The position numbers and the translations under genes were made by a program. A DNA stretch of 64,000 bases. Origin: Williopsis jadinii. Its lineage: Eukaryota. Location of the stretch: assembly GCA_024346625.1 (NCBI GenBank), contig AP024667.1, positions 496,001-560,000 of the forward strand. The letters are read 5' to 3'. The stretch's first letter is position 1. Each line of letters begins with the position of its first letter. Below, one piece after another: positions 10,541 to 18,116 of the stretch. A model generated the notes under the pieces. That model was given only the letters and a program-made list of their open reading frames with translations, was not told the DNA's origin and ran no database searches.

Positions 10541-10856
10541 GGGACATATCCGCATTGGGAAACCCGACCTGCGCCATCCTTATTCCGGCCGAAAACACGC
10601 AGACACGAATGGACAAACACGCGGTTCCGAAACGCCGATCCCCGGGCACCCACAACTTCCGACACAAAACCCGAAATTCCGACGTTTGGTGTCATCTGAC
10701 TCAGACAGCTTGGCAAAATTTTTATCCGCTAGACACATACATAAAAACTCCTTGGAAGGAGGAAAACCAGTGCGTCTGCCGCAGCCTTGAGCCCATTGAT
10801 CGGTGTTATAACGTAGAGCTACGTACACTTGAGGTAAACAAGTCGTAGTCAGAGCA

Positions 10857-11915
10857 ATGAACGTGTCGAACAGCGACGGTTCAAATGCCGATAAGAAGTC
10901 GAAAGAGTTCGAGCCGATGGAGTTTGAAGATGTGAGCCCGCCAAAGGTCACCAGAGCCAATGAGGTATACACTGAATGCAAGAGACTGGCGATATTGGCC
11001 TTCTTTGCGATATGGGGAGTGTTGGCACGGAAGGGACTCCAGAACTTGACGAGCTACGATGGCTCGTACCTGGGAGGCATCATCTGGTGCAACTTTGGTG
11101 CGTGCGTGCTGATTGGCATGCTGAATGAGAGCCAGGCAGCCTGGGCCGACATGGCCCAGCCTAAGGGCCAGCTGATGCTCTACGTTGGTGGAACCACTGG
11201 GTTCTGTGGGACGTTCTCCTCCTTCAGTACGATGATTCTGGACGCTTTCTACAAGAGTGCCAACGTGGACCTCGGCGTGCCTTACGACTACCCGAACCCA
11301 GCGTATGGCATCATGGAATGCCTGTCTGTGTTCATCGCTCAAATGGCGTTGTCGATTTCGGGCTACACCTTTGGAAGACATCTAATCATGCACTATGACC
11401 CTCCTCTGCCCTTTGGCACGGTGCCGTTGTGGGAGACCGTTCTCGCCATTGCTGGTATTGCATGTTGGATTGCTGCTGCGTGCCTGATGGCGATACCTAG
11501 TGGTAGATCGTGGACGTTTGCTGCTGTGATGTCGCCAATTGCGTGTTGGATGAGATACTACATGAGTAAATGGCTGAATCCAAAGCTCCAGCAGTTCCCA
11601 TTGGGCACGTTTTCGGTCAACTTCATAGCTACGATCTGTCTGGCTATTATCGTCATCTTGAACCGTGGTGAGACCAAATCTGGGTCTCGGGTGGTGCACA
11701 CTATACTCTCATGTCACATCCTCCAAGGTCTCGATGATGGATTCTGCGGCACTCTCTCTACAGTGAGTACGTTTGTCTCAGAATTACACTCTTTGAGGAT
11801 AACAAAGGGCTACATCTACGCCTTCACGAGCATTTCAGTGTGTTTTTGTCTAATGATTATAATCTTGGGGTCTTATACTTGGACCATGGGACTTGTTGAC
11901 CCACTATGTTCATGA
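10857..11915 (+). CDS. FEX1: Fluoride export protein (tandem CrcB/Fluc domains)
   Basis: Two CrcB signatures, TTGFCGTFSSFS and DGFCGTLSTVSTF; multiple transmembrane helices. Confidence 0.92.
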   Translation: MNVSNSDGSNADKKSKEFEPMEFEDVSPPKVTRANEVYTECKRLAILAFFAIWGVLARKGLQNLTSYDGSYLGGIIWCNFGACVLIGMLNESQAAWADMAQPKGQLMLYVGGTTGFCGTFSSFSTMILDAFYKSANVDLGVPYDYPNPAYGIMECLSVFIAQMALSISGYTFGRHLIMHYDPPLPFGTVPLWETVLAIAGIACWIAAACLMAIPSGRSWTFAAVMSPIACWMRYYMSKWLNPKLQQFPLGTFSVNFIATICLAIIVILNRGETKSGSRVVHTILSCHILQGLDDGFCGTLSTVSTFVSELHSLRITKGYIYAFTSISVCFCLMIIILGSYTWTMGLVDPLCS

Positions 11916-12000
11916 ATTTTGATTGGCAGTGCATGTTTTTTTGAGATGTCAGTAATGTTTCCTTGTCTTGCTTGATCAGTAATCGATAATGTTGACTCAC

Positions 12001-13310
12001 ATGAGGTATCCTCCCCCGTAGGTTTATGATCTGTCTTTGTTACACCATGAATTGAAGCTTCGCCTGCGTGCTTTACCATTGGTCCCCAATATATGGTGAT
12101 GGCTTTGACATCTCTGGCTACCAGCTTGAATCCGACGTGTACTCTCAGCTACAGAGATATACACTGATCACAACACTGAGCCCTCAATCAACCAATGTGA
12201 AAGAAGTCTTTGGTTGAGCCCTTCATCAACAGACATGGTGATTCAGAGATGCCCTTGAAACGGCCATCCATATTGTTCCCAAAGGAAGAAAGACAACGCT
12301 TGGATTCGGGACATAACTCATTTCAAACAACGCTCCAATGACCGGTGAAACGTATTCTCTCCATTAAGCTTCTTTTTAAGTCCAATCAAGTGAATACCAA
12401 AAGCTTCAAAGAGACGTTACAGTTCCAACATCAGAGATAAAAGACACATGTTCATTTCCCTGTTTCCTTAGATCCTTTTGAGCATAGCTTCCATTATGAT
12501 CGAAGTGGCCTTTTTACATCTATAGTGGAAAAACGAACCACTAGGAAAAAGAACTATTAGGTAGATGGAGAATTGAGTGAGTAGATAGACATCCCCATAA
12601 CCTCAGATTCTGTAGTGCTCACCTTCATTCACTATAATCATCGAGAACATTCCCCTGAATGGCACCATAATGAGACTGTTTGAACCCTGAATACAAGACA
12701 GTTCCGGGAATCGATATCTCCACCTTACGTTAGTCTTCTATTAGGCTAGAAGTGACTTTATAACTTAACATAAAGTCCTTTTGAACAGTGAAGATACTTC
12801 CTGGTCTTGTGGGGAAAATAGGACAGCCCCTAACACAGCTGAATCCTCTACTCATATGGGCCATCTTCATCAGAAGGAATCCTCCATCTTCGTTCTCTAT
12901 ACAGATGAAGCTTCAGCAGTGAAGTACAACACATCAATGAGGTGTGAAAGAAGTAGCAACACTCCGAACACAATGAGGATGTATCATACTCGTGGGAGTG
13001 TCTGGGTGTCTGAACTGGACGATCGGGACAGCTATTGGTGATATCCAATGAACAGAAAACACGGTCTTTCCCCTTTGTGAGTGCTATATACACTCCCTGG
13101 CTCAATGGTTCCAGCTGACTGGACATGAGTGAAATGGCATGTTGCAGAACACGTTTCCAAGTCAAGAGAGCTTTGTTCGAAACTGCTGAGTAAGTCCGCC
13201 TTCTAAAAGGCATCGGAGAAGAATCAAGTTCAGGTGTGCTCTTGACACGATCAGCCCACCTTTGGCATTCAATCCCATAAGATCTGTGATATTATGGACA
13301 GGGAGACGAT
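12001..13310 (-). ncRNA. TLC1: Putative telomerase RNA (~1.3 kb; ends approximate)
   Basis: Template CAGACACCCAGACAC (13012>12998); boundary helix 13258-13248/13025-13016; pseudoknot 12567>12504; closing helix 13310-13298/12019-12008; GTGAGT at 12000 plus TACTGAC at 11954; many perfect hairpins; no credible ORF; PDX3 and DAD1 nearby. Confidence 0.85.
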
Positions 13311-13394
13311 TGAAGAAGAAGAAAAGAGTATTGAAGAGAGAAAAAGTGAACAATTCTGGTGATTTTTCACTTTGGCTATCCTCGCTTGGTTAGG

Positions 13395-13432
13395 AAACGC
13401 GCGCGCGAACGCGAACACGAAACCAACGCGAG
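13395..13432. promoter_or_regulatory. SCB/MCB-like cluster in the divergent promoter between the putative TER and the HED1-like gene
   Basis: CACGAAA at 13416-13422; ACGCG at 13397, 13409 and 13426; CG-repeat run. Confidence 0.6.
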
Positions 13433-13478
13433 ATTTACCTCAATATTAAGAAGGTCTGTTGGACTCAGCCATGAACCA

Positions 13479-14435
13479 ATGAGCCAGCCAGCTTCGACGT
13501 CCAGTGATGCCAGAGCCAGTGCTCTCTCAGAACTACATCCCACCATTATAGATGTATCGTCTTCTTCGCAAAGCGTCAATGTGACTGGCTCTGTTGAAGT
13601 TGAAATTGAAGGGTTTGAGATCCTGGACTCAGAAGATGGCAGTGATGCTGATGATCCGTTCAAAGTGCTGATACGACCAAGGACTGAACCGTCAATATCA
13701 GCTAGTCGCTGTCGAGACAATGGTAACAGGTCGTCAACTGGACCAGCAAGAGTACGAAAAAAGAGGCAGAGGGTTGACCTGCTGGAAGTGTTATTACCGG
13801 AGAACTACGAGATTAGTGGGCTGGATATGGAGTCCACTGTTATACAGTCTTCAAGGGAACAGGGTAGTGGTCTGTATTCATCAGATGACTCAAATGGCAA
13901 GCTGTACCAAGGAATACAAGATACAATCGATTGTGATGAGATTCTTATAACATCTACTCGGACTAATGAACCTACTGGACAATTATTACAGGGTGAACGT
14001 CAAGACACTGATACAGCCATAGAGAATGGTGAGGTTATTAAACTGCCAAGCTCATCTGTAGAGAGATTGGATAGTTTTCAGATGACGGACACGTTTCCTG
14101 TTGGTAGCATGCTAAGCACTGAGGAAATATGTGAAGAAGCTAGTCCACCACCTAGTGATTCACTCATCAAAAGGAGTGCAGAATCTCAAAGTATTAATGA
14201 AACCTCAGATAAGGGGGAGCAGCCTATGTCCAAATCACCAACAGAGGGTAGAACTGATGACACAGACACAAGTAGCGATACACATGCTACCAAGATGGTT
14301 ATTCCACCACGTCGTCCGAAAAGGAAGGCAACTCTTTCAGATCTCTGTTCACGCAAGGCCAAATTGCCATATCGGGTTGGGCTGTCAAGAAGGGCAAATG
14401 TTCAACATCTGCATTCTTACTTGAGCAAGAGATAG
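13479..14435 (+). CDS. Disordered protein with a C-terminal Hed1/RAD51AP1-like motif
   Basis: Ser/acidic low-complexity body; C-terminus YRVGLSRRANVQHLHSYL; lies between RAD61 and DAD1. Likely ATG at 13479. Confidence 0.6.
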   Translation: MSQPASTSSDARASALSELHPTIIDVSSSSQSVNVTGSVEVEIEGFEILDSEDGSDADDPFKVLIRPRTEPSISASRCRDNGNRSSTGPARVRKKRQRVDLLEVLLPENYEISGLDMESTVIQSSREQGSGLYSSDDSNGKLYQGIQDTIDCDEILITSTRTNEPTGQLLQGERQDTDTAIENGEVIKLPSSSVERLDSFQMTDTFPVGSMLSTEEICEEASPPPSDSLIKRSAESQSINETSDKGEQPMSKSPTEGRTDDTDTSSDTHATKMVIPPRRPKRKATLSDLCSRKAKLPYRVGLSRRANVQHLHSYLSKR

Positions 14436-14595
14436 ACAAACTAATGACTGATGAACGATAATATGCATTGACTTGATCATTCTTGTAGACTTTTTCCGTT
14501 TGTGCGATGTGGGTTTCTTCACGATGGGATAAAGGCATGTATTTCCACAAAAGTATCACATTCACGTTACAATTGATATTATAACGGAGCACAAG

Positions 14596-15450
14596 ATGAT
14601 GATTCGAAACAAAGAGAATGAGAATGAGTCTCCGTATAAGGAAAACGTGCCAATCCAATTGAGGAAATCCACAGCTCAAGGACTCAAACCGAGAGCATAC
14701 TCACAGAATAGTAGAAATACCAACCAACAATCATCGTTGTGGCCTCCGACTAAATTGCCAGCTGCACAGCATCGAGTGTTCCATCCATCAGGACATGATG
14801 CCCTAAATCATAGGAGTATAGTGCTAGTTGGCGATCCAAAGTGTGGGAAGTCTTCGTTGGTGTTAACCTACCTAGCACAAAGATATACTCATCCAAAGGG
14901 TTTATCACCCGTTGACACTTATGAAAAGATGATCCATTTTAACAATTCCCAACCCGTTAACCTCCAAATATGGGATATTCCAGGTGATGAGGAGTATGAC
15001 AGATTCAGACCATTGGCATATACAGGCGCCAAGGGGGTGTTAATATGTTTCAATTTGGAAATTCCTGGAACATTTCAAAGCATTCAGTTCAAGTGGATCC
15101 CAGAACTTGAAACGCATTGTCCCGCAGCTGAGAGAATCATCGTTGGCATCGGCTCTCACTTGAGATCAGATCCCAAAATGGCACATGGACTCCCTTCAGT
15201 TGAGTACTGTCAGCAGTATGCATCCAGCGTTGGATGTAAATACATGGAGTGTTCCTTGTTGAACAATAGAAGCTATTCACGAATCTTTGAAGCTATGGCG
15301 ATGATGCTAAGCAAGGATTGCAGCTCTAACCACTTGTCATCGCTCACTGAGCTCCCTAAAGTCCGTACACCAAATAGGTTACAGACCCTGGTGGAGTCTC
15401 CAAGACGGTCATCGTTCAAGAAAAGACATTCAGTTTGCACCATTGTTTGA
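14596..15450 (+). CDS. Atypical Rho-family GTPase (Rho4-like) with CAAX box
   Basis: IVLVGDPKCGKS, LQIWDIPGDEEYDRFRPLAY, KWIPEL, YMECS, polybasic tail plus CTIV. Confidence 0.85.
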   Translation: MMIRNKENENESPYKENVPIQLRKSTAQGLKPRAYSQNSRNTNQQSSLWPPTKLPAAQHRVFHPSGHDALNHRSIVLVGDPKCGKSSLVLTYLAQRYTHPKGLSPVDTYEKMIHFNNSQPVNLQIWDIPGDEEYDRFRPLAYTGAKGVLICFNLEIPGTFQSIQFKWIPELETHCPAAERIIVGIGSHLRSDPKMAHGLPSVEYCQQYASSVGCKYMECSLLNNRSYSRIFEAMAMMLSKDCSSNHLSSLTELPKVRTPNRLQTLVESPRRSSFKKRHSVCTIV

Positions 15451-15765
15451 CTCGGAATTGCTCATTATATCAACATCCATTTTCTCTACGTCCGTAGATA
15501 ACGGCTCGACAGCATCAGAGCCTGTCATCACCTCTGTGTCCAGTGGTCTCATACGTTCCATCTGAGCCTTCGCATCATAGAAATTGGCCCAAAGAGCTGC
15601 AACGCTTTCAAATTCCTTTCCAACAGCCACTGTCCCTTCCAGCGATCTATTCAGCGCGTTGATGTTGTTGAGCACTGTGTCCATCGAAGTGGCAATCTCG
15701 GTGATCAGCAGATCACGTTGCTTCTCAAAATACGTAAGCTGGCGATCTTTGCTTTCCTTAGACAT
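15430..15765 (-). CDS. DAD1: DASH/Dam1 complex subunit Dad1
   Basis: YFEKQRDLLITEI...LNNINALNRSLEGTVAVGKEFESVAALW matches the Dad1 family. Confidence 0.92.
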   Translation of the reverse strand: MSKESKDRQLTYFEKQRDLLITEIATSMDTVLNNINALNRSLEGTVAVGKEFESVAALWANFYDAKAQMERMRPLDTEVMTGSDAVEPLSTDVEKMDVDIMSNSESNNGAN

Positions 15766-16780
15766 GTTTGCTTTCTTGTTCAGAATGGTTGTCAACAGGA
15801 AGAGGATTTAGAAGAAGTTCCCAGAAATGTAAACAACGCGAAAGAACAGGGAGCTCCGAGGGTGATGTCGGGCGCATTCCGAGGGTAAAATGAGTACTTC
15901 ACTTACTTCCAAAGCGATGGAAAGGGCTCTTTGCTAAGTTGCTAGGGTGTCTTTCCCTCATGTGATACATTGTGACTCGTCTTATGGTGTTGCTACGTCG
16001 GTTTGTAAGCTGGAACGAAAAGCTAACGGGTGGTGAAGTTATATACGCAACAGCTAGCTAAATAAGAGGAGCAGATGGTGTGGCTCTAGGGATGTCAATC
16101 AACTGGATTCTGGATTTTGTACTGCTCTTTACATGCCCCAGATGGTGGAAAGTATGACTATGAGTGGTGGTTTGTACTCCTATGGATCATGTAACATATA
16201 TGCCCTCTTCTCCACTTACTTCTTTGTTCCAGAAACCTAATCATTGACATCAGAAGAACTGGATGTTTTGTCAAGCCCCAAGAAGCTTTGCCAAAGAACG
16301 TCAGCTTTTTCAAATCCTCAGAAAGACTAGTCTGTGGAAACATTACAGTTAGTTATATATCTGAAGTGTGGTTGTTTTAGCGTATATTGCCCATTTAAGA
16401 CACTTTTTGTCCCCGCCTGTAATCATTTGATCTCAACCAACTATCTCTTCAGATGTCCCTCTTCAGCTATCGGCATATTGTTTCAAATACCATTCCTTTC
16501 TAGTATAACTGACATAGACTCAAACCTTTACGTCTCGTGCAACAAGGAAATATCACAATCTCCTACCCAATTACTCAACCACACAGATACCTTGTGTTAT
16601 ATATTCAGTGATTATACATTATCTGCACCTTGAGGCGGTTTTGGGCACCAATGTGCATAAATCGTTCTATGCTCAACCAGGTGGAATACTCTTTGAGAGT
16701 ACTTTATACCTCAATATCTTATATGTGGGAGTATTATTGATGACTTTATAGCTTATTGATGATCATTTCCGGGTTACTGA

Positions 16781-16930
16781 TGAATTTTCTAAATGTAAAC
16801 GATAGTTTTAAAAGCATTTTATATTCTGCAAAATGTATAAATTAAAACAAGAGCTATATTGATTTAAGAAAAAGAAAATTTTAATTATGAATAATATTAA
16901 TAAATATTACATTGATTTAATTTTAAAAGA
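16781..16930. other. AT-rich island (~85% AT over 150 bp)
   Basis: 23 G/C counted in 150 nt, inside a 2.3 kb intergenic region with no credible gene. Confidence 0.8.
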
Positions 16931-18116
16931 CCAAGATAGTCAGTTAAATCTGCTGAATCTACATCTAAGTTATTTACTTGTTTTTGTAAATTAGCTGTCT
17001 TGGTTTTGGGTGTCGAAGATCATTAAAACATTATACCTATGACCTTCACAAGGAACAGGGAACTCCCATGCATGTTTCATATATATGAAATCCCGATTTT
17101 GAAGGACTTTTATCTGATATACTCCAATTAGGTAATCCACTCCTCAACGGCTTAGACATTTAACAGTTTACACATCTAACAGCTCATGGACTGACCAAGA
17201 TTACCAATCCATTACTGTTCAAATGGTTCTAAGCTAAGGACCAATGTGATACATGATCCTATGGACACTAGGCCTCAATAATACCGACCAACTATAGCTC
17301 CTGGCAGATCGATAACAGCACATCACCGGTAACTTCAGAGATGTTCTTTACTGGAAACAAAATCGACAGTTTGTGCTCTTTAAAACTCCATAACACCAAC
17401 ATCACTAATCCATCCACATTTACAACTGCCTTGGACACTGCCAAACATAACACCTATGACAAAAACAATCCAGATTATGCCTCTGTGACCCGTTTAATCT
17501 GCTCACTGAACAATTAATAGCACGTTTGAACATAGAAGAAACACAATGCGATGAGCTTGTATACCATAGTTGAAGCTTCAACGGTGTCACCAATGTGTCA
17601 AGAATCATCCAAACACCCATTATGTCCCATGGCGCTCGATGAGCAAATAGAAAAAAGTGAAAAAATTTCATCGATTCCTCTCTTTCCTCAAATTCTTCTT
17701 CTTCTTCAGCTAACTACAAACCCCTGGCTACATTGACCGAACACGTTTCACGAGATGTCTTCCACACCAGTATGAGACATTGCGCTTAGCAATGTGTTTG
17801 AAAGTATGGAATTGATTCTCTTCTACCGTGCGCGGGCTCACTCTTACAGGTAATATTAAATCCTTTTGCGTTTTGTAGTTAACGCAGAGTTTTGTAAGTT
17901 CAGTTGCTGCTCTTTTCTTCTCCATAGGGTTGTGACTCTACTACATCACTCACATACTTGGAATATGATATAAACGACTTTGACAATATGTGTAGTTTCA
18001 TCAACGTAGATGAATCCGTTGTGTGTGAAATGTCCCATTGTAACGTGAAAAATTTTCCCTTCTAGTGCATCTAACAAGGTCGGCCGTATATATTGATAAA
18101 GACCTGGAAGAACATA

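Noticed and set aside
11971..11981. Alternative branch TACTGAT followed by CAAG as a complete mini-intron at the TER 3' end
   Set aside because: Only ~20 nt from the donor, which is too short for a functional yeast intron; TACTGAC at 11954 is the better branch match.
11873..13353. Short ORFs (63-121 aa) in the FEX1 to HED1-like gap as genes or a pseudogene
   Set aside because: Overlapping, inconsistent frames with no recognisable motifs; better explained by a structured ncRNA.
16755..16930. Canonical point centromere (CDEI-CDEII-CDEIII)
   Set aside because: No RTCACRTG flanking the AT core, and the CCG context does not match CDEIII in the required orientation.
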